A stretch of DNA of 64,000 bases from Dehalococcoidia bacterium (lineage in GTDB: Bacteria > Chloroflexota > Dehalococcoidia > Lucifugimonadales > G958296245): contig CBDHEI010000002.1 of the NCBI GenBank assembly GCA_965262055.1, positions 3,156,347 through 3,220,346 of the forward strand, written 5' to 3'. Each line of letters starts with the position of its first letter. Position 1 is the stretch's first letter. The notes beneath the pieces are model-generated. The model ran no database searches. It saw only the letters and a program-made list of their open reading frames with translations, and had not been told where the DNA came from. This document shows positions 24,401-33,932 of the stretch, piece by piece. The position numbers and the translations under genes were made by a program.

Positions 24401-25126
24401 TTAAGTTTGGCTGCGGCACTTGTGCCGCTCGCGCCTTTCGGTGTCGTCGGACGAGAGTAACGGCTGGATCTTACCGGCGAACTCTGCCAGCGTTTCTTCC
24501 ACCGTGGCGGAGGTGGTGTCCAGAGAGAAGCGGTTAGGGATGGTTGACCGCTCATACTCCTCTCGGAACCTGTTCAGGACGTGCTCAACGTCGGCTTCCA
24601 GGACGACCTGCCGGGGATGCGGGTCTGCCTTCATCCGGCTGCGTATCGTGTCTGGAGATGCCTCCATGAGCACGAGGACGAAGTCGGGCGCTGCCTCCAG
24701 TAGGGCCCTCTCGACAGTCTTCTTGACGATGCTGCGGGCGCCGGGCTGGCCATCGGCCCCGTAGTAGAAGTAGAGCGGGCCGTAGACTGAGTCCTCGATG
24801 TGCATTCCGACGGCCAGGTAGTCCGAGTAGAAGCCCTGCTCCTCCTCGTGGCCCTTCCTGAACGCGCCGGGCTGTATGTGGTAGTAGAGGCTGTGGCGCT
24901 GCATCTGCTCCTTGACCTTCGGCGCCAGGGCGAGAAGGCCTTCCTGCTCATCCTCGGCCATGAAGCTGTCGGTGTCGATGGGCCAGTGGCCGGTGACGTT
25001 GGGAATCTTCCAGTGGTCGTGGAAGAGGCCGAAGTCGGCGCCCATCTGCTCGGCGCCCCAGCGGTATATCTCCTTGGCGAGGGTCGTAGTGCCGACGTAC
25101 TCGCATCCGACGAGCAGTATCCTCAT
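24401..25126 (-). CDS. P-loop NTPase-like protein with degenerate Walker A
   Basis: MRILLVGCEYVGTTTLAKEIY has GxxxxGTT in place of GxxxxGK[ST]. The ATG at 25126 overlaps the upstream stop as ATGA. Confidence 0.5.
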   Translation of the reverse strand: MRILLVGCEYVGTTTLAKEIYRWGAEQMGADFGLFHDHWKIPNVTGHWPIDTDSFMAEDEQEGLLALAPKVKEQMQRHSLYYHIQPGAFRKGHEEEQGFYSDYLAVGMHIEDSVYGPLYFYYGADGQPGARSIVKKTVERALLEAAPDFVLVLMEASPDTIRSRMKADPHPRQVVLEADVEHVLNRFREEYERSTIPNRFSLDTTSATVEETLAEFAGKIQPLLSSDDTERRERHKCRSQT

Positions 25127-26250
25127 GACTGTCCTTCCCGTGCGTCCGGCAGGCCCATGACGCGGGCCATGTTGCCACCCGTAATGGCGCCAATGTCCCC
25201 GGCGCTCAGTACGTTGTCGTAGTTGCGAATCTGGTCGAGGCACTGCCTGAAGGTGTAGTGGAGCATCTCGAAGGGGTGGTCGGAGCCCCACATCAGCTTG
25301 TCCGCTCCTATACGCTCCACCAGCTTCTCCATCGCCGGCTCGAACTGCGGCATTGGGTACGGCCAGCGGGCGCCGAGCGTGACGGAGACCACGAGCTGCA
25401 TGTAGAAGTTGGGGCTATCTGAGGGGACCTCCTGGAAGAGCTCGTCCGGGAGATTCATCGTGTCGCCTTCGCGGAAGGTGCGCCAGCTAAAGCCGTGGGT
25501 GAAGATGACCACGACGTCTGGGTACGCCTCCATCCACCTGCGGAGCACCTTCGGCTCGTCTATGTAGGAGTCCACGGTCGCGCTGCGGGGGGCAAGCGTG
25601 AAGAAGACGGGGATGGCCATTTCGGCCACGGCGTCCCAGAAGGGTTTGAACCCTGGCGCGTCCCAGTCCTCGTACTGCTCGTATGCGCTGAGGAACATAG
25701 GCATGAACTGGAGGGCGGAGAGCCCCTGCCGGTTGATCGCCTCGTCGAGTTTGGCTATACAGGCGTCGGGCTCCGGCTGCACGAGCCAGGGCTCTATGAA
25801 AGCGAGCCCCTGAAGGCGGTCGGGGTACTGCCGTACGCAGTTCGCGACGAAGTCGTTGCCGATGCCCAGGTAGGCCGTCCGGTGGAGCATCGCCATGTCC
25901 ACCCCGGCGTAGTCCATCTCCGCGATCAGGCTGTCGGCGTCGTAGTCCATGTCGGCTATGGACGGGGGCATGAGCTGCTTGACGTAGGTCTCACCGCCGG
26001 CGGTCCATTCGAAGCGGCCGCGAGAGGCCGTGAGGTTGGCGTCCTCGAGGGCGTCGAACGACCAGCCCCTGGACATGTCGGCGAGGGCGCTGGTGTCAGC
26101 CGGGGCGCGGTCGCGCTTGCGCCAGGGCTCGCGGCTGTGACCCATCCCCGCGACCGCAAGCTGTACGTGGCGCTGGAACTCGTCCCGGTCAGCGAAGCCT
26201 CCGTTACCCCGCAGGTCGGGGAAGCAGTAGGCGTGGCCGTCGTAGATCAT
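25123..26250 (-). CDS. amidohydrolase-2-like metal-dependent TIM-barrel hydrolase
   Basis: MIYDGHAYCFPD...VVIFTHGF...WGSDHPF is a typical amidohydrolase_2 pattern. Confidence 0.6.
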   Translation of the reverse strand: MIYDGHAYCFPDLRGNGGFADRDEFQRHVQLAVAGMGHSREPWRKRDRAPADTSALADMSRGWSFDALEDANLTASRGRFEWTAGGETYVKQLMPPSIADMDYDADSLIAEMDYAGVDMAMLHRTAYLGIGNDFVANCVRQYPDRLQGLAFIEPWLVQPEPDACIAKLDEAINRQGLSALQFMPMFLSAYEQYEDWDAPGFKPFWDAVAEMAIPVFFTLAPRSATVDSYIDEPKVLRRWMEAYPDVVVIFTHGFSWRTFREGDTMNLPDELFQEVPSDSPNFYMQLVVSVTLGARWPYPMPQFEPAMEKLVERIGADKLMWGSDHPFEMLHYTFRQCLDQIRNYDNVLSAGDIGAITGGNMARVMGLPDAREGQS

Positions 26251-26454
26251 GCAGACTCCCGGAGGCGTACCGCCGGGAGCGAGTCTAGCAGCGGCCCGCC
26301 GGGCCCGTCAATCTGAGACTGGTGGGCTGCATCGGGCAGGCGCCGGCCTATTGGATGGGACTCCATGGGAAGGCTGACTGGCTTCATGCGGCCCACTGAG
26401 TGTAGGGCCGTGTAGTAGGATAAATCCCATTCGAAACAAAGGGGGGAACAACAG

Positions 26455-26706
26455 ATGGGCGACTTCCTGACATTCCGCCGGATGGTCACGCCGATACTCA
26501 TCCAGGTGGTGTATTGGATAGTCACGGTCGTGGTGATTGTCGGCGGCCTTGTGGTGCTGGTGGCGGCACCAGAGGGAACGGAAAGGGCGTTGGGGTTGGC
26601 TGTCCTAGTACTGGGGCCCCTAGTTGTCCGAGTCTATGCCGAGGTATTGCTCGTGGTATTCAGAATCAACGACACCCTCACCGACATCAGAAACATGAAG
26701 AAGTGA
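26455..26706 (+). CDS. DUF4282-like small membrane protein
   Basis: MGDFLTFRRMVTPILIQVVYWIVTVVVIVGGLVVL... Confidence 0.55.
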   Translation: MGDFLTFRRMVTPILIQVVYWIVTVVVIVGGLVVLVAAPEGTERALGLAVLVLGPLVVRVYAEVLLVVFRINDTLTDIRNMKK

Positions 26707-26726
26707 GGCTAGGAGCGGCATACGAG

Positions 26727-27419
26727 ATGTCCAACACCACTACAGCAAGGTCCCCAATCACACGCGCGCCGGACGGCTACGCCCGCATGGCCGGCGTGTT
26801 CCTGTTGCTCACGGCGGCCGCAACGGTAGCTATGGTAGGGCTGCGCGTCGCGGGCGACACGGACCAGGCTACCCTGATCGAGTCGCTGCGCGCGATCGCG
26901 GAAGACCGGGGCGCATACGCGGCGGGCGGCGCCGCGCGGTTCATTTCGGGGGTGACCCTGTTGGTGGCGGCCTGGGGCCTGTCTAGAATCGGGACCTTCC
27001 GGAACGGCCTGGGCGCACCAGTCGTTTCGTACCTGTTCGGCGCGGCCGGCATCATCACGGCGGTATCGGGGGCGTGCGCCGTCCTGCTGGCGGCGTACCA
27101 TCTGCCCGACGCGAGCGTTGCCGTTCCGGCATGGGTGGAAGCTACAGCAACCCTGCGCTGGCTCACTGGCAAGGCTGGGTTCGCGGTCTCCGGAGTCGCT
27201 CTTGTCGTCGGCGCCGTGTACCAGTGGCGGGGCGGTGGAAATCTGAGGAAGGCCGCCGTCGCATTCGCCGTCATAGGTCTGGGAATGCAGCTCATATGGG
27301 TCGACTCGGTGACGATCATGCACCGTATCGTGGGAGCCGCGTTCTGCATCTGGCTGATTGCCGTAGGAGTGATGCTAACCACGTGGCGCGTCGAAAGGCA
27401 GGCGGATGGCCCGCAGTAA
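26727..27419 (+). CDS. hypothetical multi-pass membrane protein
   Basis: The ATG at 26727 lies within ORF 26514..27419. The product has several hydrophobic helices. No family was assigned. Confidence 0.45.
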   Translation: MSNTTTARSPITRAPDGYARMAGVFLLLTAAATVAMVGLRVAGDTDQATLIESLRAIAEDRGAYAAGGAARFISGVTLLVAAWGLSRIGTFRNGLGAPVVSYLFGAAGIITAVSGACAVLLAAYHLPDASVAVPAWVEATATLRWLTGKAGFAVSGVALVVGAVYQWRGGGNLRKAAVAFAVIGLGMQLIWVDSVTIMHRIVGAAFCIWLIAVGVMLTTWRVERQADGPQ

Positions 27420-27446
27420 GGAGGGAGGGGCTGGCAGTCCGAGCCG

Positions 27447-29048
27447 CTACTCGATGGGCGGGAAGAAAGTCAGGTCGGCCCCGTGGTTGTCCATTGCCTC
27501 GATCTCGTCGTCTCGCAGCCTTACCCTGATGCTGCGCGTGCGGTGCTCCAGTGTGATCTCGCGTCTGGAAAGCGGGAATGTGATGGAGACGGGCTTGCCG
27601 ACGGCGGGCCTCGGCAGGTAGAGGTAACCGCCGGCTAGCCTTGGCGTTCCGGGCTCAGCGGGCTCTGCGCCTGAGACTGGGGAGTTGGCGCCGCGCACTT
27701 CTATCTGGCCCTCGTCTGTCCAGGAAGGGATGCGGACGAAGAGTGGGCCCGGCTTCTTCAACGTGACTCGCAGCGCGGAATGGGTGTAGGGTGACTCGAC
27801 CCTTATGGCGTCGGTCTCGTGGTCGAAGTGCATGTCCACCCAGTGGCCCGCCTCGTCGCGGCGGGTAGCCTCGCGGTAGACCTCGCATAACGATGCTCCG
27901 GAGCCGCCAACTATGTCCATGTTGAAGCTGACGCGGGTGGATCCCACGGGCTCGTGGCCGTAGGGCGCCGGGAAGCCGAACGCCCCCAGGTGCCGGTCGG
28001 CGACGTTGTGGCGACCGTCCTCGCCGTCGGGGTTGGGCGTCTCCTCGATGAAAGAGACGTCCCGGAGCTGTGACGGCAGCATGTGGCAACGGACGATGCG
28101 CTCGGCGTCCTCGTAGTACTCGGGGTTGCCGTGGCGGCCGAGTATCAGCGCGGTCTCGACTATGTCGCCGGTGTTGTTGACCTCCCCCTTGTCGGGGTCC
28201 GAATCGGGGGCTGAGGACTCAATGACCCACCCCAAGGCGTCCCGTATCTGCCACAGGCCGTTGTCGTAAAAGGCCTTCACGCGGTCGAGCAGCCCTTCGT
28301 CCCTGGTCAGGTCTGCCAATTGGGCAAGCGAGGACATGACGCAGGTCGTCGAGTGGGTGTGGCGGCCGAACAGTTGCCTGTCGTACTCACCGGCGGGGGT
28401 AAAGAACTCGGCGACGGCCTTGTCTTTCAGCACCGTCGCAAGCTCCAGGGCGGGCTGGTAGGCGGTGGCTCGGTAGTACTTGACCAGCGGGCCGATTGCG
28501 CGGGCTAGGCCGGTTATGAAGGTCAAGTCACTGAAGAGGCTCAGACCGTAGTCGCCGGCGAGCCGGGCCTCGTCCCATCCGTCTACCGGGTCCCAGAGGT
28601 CGAATATGGCGTCGATGCTTGCCTCGGCGGTGTGGCGCGCTTGCTCCGATTGCCGGTACTTGACCAGGGCGTACAGGGCGTGGAAGCCCTCGCGCACGTT
28701 GTGGGCGCGGAAGTTGACCAGTTGCCCGCCCACGCGGTCGCGGTTCAGTGGCAGCGCTACGGAGCCGCCGTAGGATAGGAAGGTCGCGCGGGTGTGATTC
28801 TCGACGGCGCTCTCGTCCAACTCCACGCCGGCGACGGCTTCGGCGGTGAGCATGGCGTTCAGGTGGCGTCCCGGGACGTGGGCCTCGGAGCAGTCCGGGC
28901 TGAAGGTGAGCTGCGCCTCGGGGCGCACGGTGGATCCGAAGAAGGGCACGTTGTCATCGTCGGCGTTGAAGACGCTCGACATGGTGCGGCAGCCCAGGCG
29001 GATGGCGCCCAGAATGTCGGTCGTGTTGACGCCGCTGACCCTAGGCAT
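27447..29048 (-). CDS. hypothetical protein (possibly an alpha/alpha-barrel glycoside-hydrolase-like fold)
   Basis: A 533-aa ORF with coherent coding style. I do not recognise the family; the fold suggestion is only an impression. Confidence 0.4.
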   Translation of the reverse strand: MPRVSGVNTTDILGAIRLGCRTMSSVFNADDDNVPFFGSTVRPEAQLTFSPDCSEAHVPGRHLNAMLTAEAVAGVELDESAVENHTRATFLSYGGSVALPLNRDRVGGQLVNFRAHNVREGFHALYALVKYRQSEQARHTAEASIDAIFDLWDPVDGWDEARLAGDYGLSLFSDLTFITGLARAIGPLVKYYRATAYQPALELATVLKDKAVAEFFTPAGEYDRQLFGRHTHSTTCVMSSLAQLADLTRDEGLLDRVKAFYDNGLWQIRDALGWVIESSAPDSDPDKGEVNNTGDIVETALILGRHGNPEYYEDAERIVRCHMLPSQLRDVSFIEETPNPDGEDGRHNVADRHLGAFGFPAPYGHEPVGSTRVSFNMDIVGGSGASLCEVYREATRRDEAGHWVDMHFDHETDAIRVESPYTHSALRVTLKKPGPLFVRIPSWTDEGQIEVRGANSPVSGAEPAEPGTPRLAGGYLYLPRPAVGKPVSITFPLSRREITLEHRTRSIRVRLRDDEIEAMDNHGADLTFFPPIE

Positions 29049-29122
29049 TCAGCACGTCCATGATGAATTCCCTTGGGTGGCCTGCTTCAGGGTGCGGGGT
29101 GGAAGGGAAGATCCAGTTCTTC

Positions 29123-29488
29123 CTAGTCGACCACCTCGGTGACGCATTGCCCCGTCTGTAGAGAGATGTGGGAGAAGTCGGCTTCGTCCCTCGCCCCGTG
29201 GCGATGCACCTCGCCGGCGGGGATCAGCGCCGTGTCTCCCTCGGTGATCTCGACGTTCTCGTCGCGCGTACCCACAAATCCCTTGCCTTTCGTGACGTAC
29301 AAGACCTGGTCGCACGTGTGGGTATGGAACTTCGTCCGTGCCCCGGACACAAAGTTGACCACGTTAAACCGGTAACTCTCGGAGTCGTCCGTGTCGATCA
29401 ACGGGTTCATCACCACCTTCCCACCTTCGAAGATAGGCCGGTGCGAGTTGTCCACTGCTTCCCGATCTGCCGCTTTGATTACCTTCAT
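29123..29488 (-). CDS. cupin domain protein
   Basis: ARTKFHTHTCDQVLYVTKGKGFVG...IPAGEVHRHGA carries the two cupin motifs. The ATG at 29488 has an aaggatg SD. Confidence 0.7.
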   Translation of the reverse strand: MKVIKAADREAVDNSHRPIFEGGKVVMNPLIDTDDSESYRFNVVNFVSGARTKFHTHTCDQVLYVTKGKGFVGTRDENVEITEGDTALIPAGEVHRHGARDEADFSHISLQTGQCVTEVVD

Positions 29489-29528
29489 GATTACATCCTT
29501 TGTTGATATGAGCCCGTAGTATACCCGG

Positions 29529-31232
29529 TCACCGGGCTGTCTCAGAATCCTTGTCCTGGAAGACGTCGGCGACGCGGGCCGGGTAGGGTAGCTCGTCGGG
29601 GTCGACGGGGACCTCGATAACCGTGGGCACGTCGGAGGCGAGGGCTTCGGAGACTGCCTCGGCCACGTCGTCGGGGCGCTCGGCATAGAAGCCGCGGCCT
29701 CCGCACATCTCGGCCAGCCTGTCGAAGCGGGGGTTGGTGAGGTCGGCCTCGACGTACCTTCCGCCGTAGAGCTCCCGCTGGTAGGCCTTCTCGGAGCCCC
29801 AGGAGTTATTGTTCATGACGATGTTGACCACCGGCACCGCCCAGCGGGAGGCCGTCTCCAGCTCCTGCGCGTTCATGAAGAAGCCGCCGTCGCCGCTTAT
29901 GGATACGACGGGTCGCTCCGGCTCGCCCATCTTCACGCCCATGGCGTGGGGCAGCGCGGAGCCCACGCAGGCGAGGTCGATGGTGGTGTACATGCTCCTG
30001 GGCGTGTGGTAGTCGATGCGGTCGAAGCCGAACGCGGGTCCGCCGCCGGCGTCGAAGACCACCGCCGTGTTTTCCGGCAGCACGCGCCGCAGCTCCACGT
30101 AGACCCTCTGCGGCTTCATAGGCAGGCCGTCCAGCTTGGCGTCGGCGTCGATACGATCCCGGCGGCGGCGGCGCAGGGCGGCGACGGCTTCGCGCCGACG
30201 CTCGATCTCCGCCGGCGGAACGGCGTCTTGCAGCCTTCCAGCCAGCGACTCGGCCACAGCGCCGGCGTCGCCGAGGATGCCCACGTCGACCGGGAAGTTG
30301 CGGCCTATCTCGCGCTGGTCGATCTCCACCTGGATGATTGCGGCGCCTTTCGGGACGGTCCTGTTGTCGTAAAAGGTGGTGAAGTGTCCCAGGCGTGTGC
30401 CCAACGCCAGCACGACGTCGGCCTGCCGGCAGGCCTCCTCGGCCTCGGGGGCGCCGGCGCGCCCTATGGACCCGATGTAGAGGGGGTGGTTGTTGGGTAT
30501 AGCGTCGTTGTGGCCGTAGGAGGTGACGACTGCCGCGCCGAGAGCCTCAGCCAGCCGGAGCGCGTCGGACTCGGCGCGACCCCAGTCCACGCCTCCGCCG
30601 GCTATGAGCACCGGACGCTTTGCTTTCGCCAGCAGTGCGGCGGCGTCGGCTACCCTGCGGGCGTCTCCTTCTGGTCGCTGCGAGGGGCGGTACGCCGCGG
30701 GCGCTGTCAGGTCGATGTCCACCTCGCCGGCGTTGAGCAGGTCACGGGGCAGGTCGACGTAGACCGGGCCCATCTTGCCCGAGGCGGCCACGCGGAAGGC
30801 GTCGCGTAGAATCTCCGGGGCGCGCTCAGGGCTGTTGACCGGGAGCACCTCCTTGCAGACGGGACGGAATATGCCCGGCTGATCGAGCTCCTGGAATGAG
30901 CTGCGGTACATCTGCCCGGTCATCGACGCGCCGCCGATGATCACCATGGGCGTGTGGCAGACGAGCGCGGCGGCGGCGTTCGTGACCAGGTTGGTGACGC
31001 CGGGGCCGTTCTGCGCCACGCAGACGCCGGGCTGTCCCTTAGCGCGGGCGTAGCCTTGCGCCATGAAGCCAGCGCCCTGCTCGTGCCTGCATCCTACGAA
31101 GCGGATGTCGCTGCGGCCGTACATGGCGTCCATGATCTCGAGGGTGGCCGAGCCGACCACGCCGAATACGTGCTCAACCCCCTCCAGCGCGAGGGTCTCT
31201 ACGATGGCCCGCCCGACCTTCATTCTGGGCAT
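29529..31232 (-). CDS. thiamine-pyrophosphate-dependent enzyme (acetolactate synthase large subunit-like family)
   Basis: MPRMKVGRAIVETLALEGVEHVFGVVGS...GDGGFFMNAQELETA...NNNSWG is the TPP-binding motif. The ATG at 31232 has a ggagg SD. Confidence 0.8.
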   Translation of the reverse strand: MPRMKVGRAIVETLALEGVEHVFGVVGSATLEIMDAMYGRSDIRFVGCRHEQGAGFMAQGYARAKGQPGVCVAQNGPGVTNLVTNAAAALVCHTPMVIIGGASMTGQMYRSSFQELDQPGIFRPVCKEVLPVNSPERAPEILRDAFRVAASGKMGPVYVDLPRDLLNAGEVDIDLTAPAAYRPSQRPEGDARRVADAAALLAKAKRPVLIAGGGVDWGRAESDALRLAEALGAAVVTSYGHNDAIPNNHPLYIGSIGRAGAPEAEEACRQADVVLALGTRLGHFTTFYDNRTVPKGAAIIQVEIDQREIGRNFPVDVGILGDAGAVAESLAGRLQDAVPPAEIERRREAVAALRRRRRDRIDADAKLDGLPMKPQRVYVELRRVLPENTAVVFDAGGGPAFGFDRIDYHTPRSMYTTIDLACVGSALPHAMGVKMGEPERPVVSISGDGGFFMNAQELETASRWAVPVVNIVMNNNSWGSEKAYQRELYGGRYVEADLTNPRFDRLAEMCGGRGFYAERPDDVAEAVSEALASDVPTVIEVPVDPDELPYPARVADVFQDKDSETAR

Positions 31233-31292
31233 GTGCTGCGCCTCCTGCGGCGCGGCTATGGTACCATTTGCCGCGCACACAGGGGGGTTGAC

Positions 31293-32213
31293 ATGGAGAC
31301 AGCCATACTTGGAAGGACCGGTCTGGAAGTGAGCAGGCTCGGCGTGGGCCTGGCGGAGATAGGCTCGCTGGAGGACTCAGGAGAGGCGGGCAGGGTGCTC
31401 AACGAAGCTCTGGACGCCGGCATCAACTTCTTGGACACGGCGGAATGCTACGGGCGCAGCGAGGAGTTCCTGGGGAGAAACGTCTCCCACCGCAGGTCCG
31501 AGTTTGCGCTGGCGACCAAGGCGGGGCACGTACACGGGCCCGATCCGTTCGATGGAGAGCCGTGGACCGGCGCAACGGTGACCGGCACGATAGAGCGCAG
31601 CCTGAAGAGGCTAAAGACGGACTACGTCGACCTGGTACAGCTACACGCCTTCGACATTCCGGCGCCGCCGCCGGACGACGTGATCGAAGCGTTGCTGAAG
31701 GCCAGGGACGCGGGCAAGACGCGGTTCGTGGGCTACAGCCAGGAGAACGAGGAGGCCGAGTGGGCAGTCGACAGCGGCATTTTCGACACGCTGCAGACGA
31801 CTTTCAACCTGGTAGACCAGAAGGCCCGGCACAACATTTTCGACAGGGCGCGAGCGCAAGGGGTCGGGATCATCGCCAAGAGGCCCATCGCCAACGCCGT
31901 CTGGGGAAGCAACGTAAGTCCCGCCGAGTACGAGGGTGTCCGCGTGCTGTTCGCCGAGCGCGCGCAGGCCATAGCCGCCATGGGGCCGATCCCGGGGGAG
32001 CCCGAAGACCCGATAGCCACGGCGCTGGGGTTCGTGCTGGCGCACGAAGACGCGCACACGGCGATAGTGGGCACGCGCAACCCGTCGCACATGCTGGAGA
32101 ACATCCAGGTCGTGGAGACGCAGCTACCTATACCGGAGTCGGTGGTCGAGGAGCTGCGGAACAGGTTCGACCAGATCGGGATGGACTGGGTGGGCCTGGA
32201 CGTAGTGCGGTAG
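31293..32213 (+). CDS. aldo/keto reductase
   Basis: METAILGRTGLEVSRLGVGL...GINFLDTAECYGRSEEFLG...VDLVQLH. Confidence 0.8.
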   Translation: METAILGRTGLEVSRLGVGLAEIGSLEDSGEAGRVLNEALDAGINFLDTAECYGRSEEFLGRNVSHRRSEFALATKAGHVHGPDPFDGEPWTGATVTGTIERSLKRLKTDYVDLVQLHAFDIPAPPPDDVIEALLKARDAGKTRFVGYSQENEEAEWAVDSGIFDTLQTTFNLVDQKARHNIFDRARAQGVGIIAKRPIANAVWGSNVSPAEYEGVRVLFAERAQAIAAMGPIPGEPEDPIATALGFVLAHEDAHTAIVGTRNPSHMLENIQVVETQLPIPESVVEELRNRFDQIGMDWVGLDVVR

Positions 32214-32264
32214 TCCGGCCTCAGCCCGGTTACGACATGGCGCCGGGGCGCAGAGTATTACGCT

Positions 32265-32867
32265 TTACCGGCGGCGCAATCTGAGTGCCTCCAGGCACCT
32301 TTCTGTAAGCTGGGCCACATCGGACTGCGAGGCATCTATGAGGGTCAGTCTGTGGCGATTGACAACCTCGACCATCTGCGAGTCGTAGGCAAGGGTACGC
32401 GCCAGGAACTTGCCTACCATCGTTTGTTCGCGAGAAGATTTGGAACGATACATGCTTCCATGGCGAATCCTTCGACTAAAGACTTCCTCGCTGGCTGTGA
32501 GCCATAGCGCGGCGATTCTGTCGAAGTCCAGGCTTGTCACGAATTCAGGCCACAGAGCCGAACCTTCCAGGACTATTCGAGCAGTGGATGTCTTGTCGAT
32601 GTGAGACGCGACGATTGCCTCGACCCTCGGCCACACGTTGACCCTGTAGTGGCGTAGTACGTCCGTGATCAACTCGTCGACCGACAGGGAGAGGTAGTGC
32701 TCGGCCACATCGTCTGGCACCTTCTCCGGATGCGGTTTCCACGGCCGGCCATGGTGACGGGCAAGCGAGTCCGTGGAGATATGGGTCCAGCCCAGGACGG
32801 CAGCCAACGACTCGGCGAGTGACGACTTTCCGACGTGGGAAGATCCTCCGATGAGGACCACCCTCAA
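32265..32867 (-). CDS. P-loop kinase-like ATPase (more AT-rich than its flanks)
   Basis: M(TTG)RVVLIGGSSHVGKSSLAESLA carries the Walker A motif. The long ORF 32265..33344 was trimmed because it overlaps the dapA-like gene. The start is uncertain. Confidence 0.5.
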   Translation of the reverse strand: MRVVLIGGSSHVGKSSLAESLAAVLGWTHISTDSLARHHGRPWKPHPEKVPDDVAEHYLSLSVDELITDVLRHYRVNVWPRVEAIVASHIDKTSTARIVLEGSALWPEFVTSLDFDRIAALWLTASEEVFSRRIRHGSMYRSKSSREQTMVGKFLARTLAYDSQMVEVVNRHRLTLIDASQSDVAQLTERCLEALRLRRR

Positions 32868-32917
32868 GTTGGGATGTACGTCACTATCCTTCGACGTTCT
32901 GCCCGTTTCAGCCCACT

Positions 32918-33871
32918 TCAGACGGCGGACAGGGCTCCGGCGTGGGACTCGACGAGGCGCTGGAAGGCGTTTCTGGTGTCCTGCGAGACGGCGGCGTCCC
33001 GCGAGGGCAGGCGCGAGGGGCCGCCCCGGCGGCCGGTTCCGTCCATGGCCGCCTTGACGAAGATGCCCTCGCCCGCGGTCTGGCCGCCGATGGCGCCACG
33101 TACCCTTCCGTACTCGCCCATGAAGCCCTCGAAGAACTCCTGCGCCTCCGTGAAACGGCCTTGCTCCATCAGGTCGTGGGTGCGCCAGCAGAACTCTGGG
33201 TAGAAATTCGGCACGTGGCTGATCCACGCCTTGCAGCCGAGCACGGCCGCGTATATGACGAGGCTGCCGTTGTTGACGAGGGCCGACTTCCCGGACCACT
33301 TCATCAGGCCCTGCACGTAGCCGTCTATGTTGGGGGACCCCCACTTGACCGCGTTGGTGTTGGGTATCTCCAGCAGCCGGTCGATGACCTCCACGGGCAC
33401 GTCGTACTTCGAGCCGCTGTACCAGTGGCTGTAGGCCGAGAAGCCGATGCCGGTGTGCCTAGCGACCTCTTCATGCCACGCGATGGTGTCGTCGTCCTGC
33501 ACGGTGTAGTAGTACGCGCCGCTGATCTGGGCTATCTCGACGCCGTTGTCTTCGGCGAGCTGGCAGAGGGTGATGGTGTCGCGGATGTCGGTGCTCTGGA
33601 CGCCGGCCATCATGGGGACGTCGTTGTCGCGGCCCACCTTGGCCACGGCCTCGATCACCTGCTTGCGCTCCTCCATGTTGAGGACGGTGAAGTCGCCGCC
33701 GGAGCCGGCGATCAGGAATACGGTGTTGCCCTGCCTGGCGCCACGGTCGACGATCCACTGGGCGTTGTCCGCGGTGCCCTGTACGTCGATGGATAGGTCG
33801 TCGTTGAATAGGGTGGCCAAAGGCACCACCACGCCCTGGAAACGGTCTCTGGCCTCTAGCTTGGATAGCAT
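32918..33871 (-). CDS. dihydrodipicolinate synthase family protein (second paralogue)
   Basis: FQGVVVPLATLFNDDLSID...TVFLIAGSGGDFTVLNMEERKQVIEAV...VPMMAGVQS. Confidence 0.75.
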   Translation of the reverse strand: MLSKLEARDRFQGVVVPLATLFNDDLSIDVQGTADNAQWIVDRGARQGNTVFLIAGSGGDFTVLNMEERKQVIEAVAKVGRDNDVPMMAGVQSTDIRDTITLCQLAEDNGVEIAQISGAYYYTVQDDDTIAWHEEVARHTGIGFSAYSHWYSGSKYDVPVEVIDRLLEIPNTNAVKWGSPNIDGYVQGLMKWSGKSALVNNGSLVIYAAVLGCKAWISHVPNFYPEFCWRTHDLMEQGRFTEAQEFFEGFMGEYGRVRGAIGGQTAGEGIFVKAAMDGTGRRGGPSRLPSRDAAVSQDTRNAFQRLVESHAGALSAV

Positions 33872-33932
33872 CCGCGACTCTCCTTAGTGATCCTGTGCTA
33901 TGGCAGCATCATATCCATGACAGTGGTCTCAG

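Noticed and set aside
32868-33344. Upstream part of the 359-aa ORF 32265..33344
   Set aside because: It overlaps the dapA-like gene (32918..33871) in another frame and is Arg/Pro/Gly-rich. Only the C-terminal ~200 codons with the Walker A motif look genuine.
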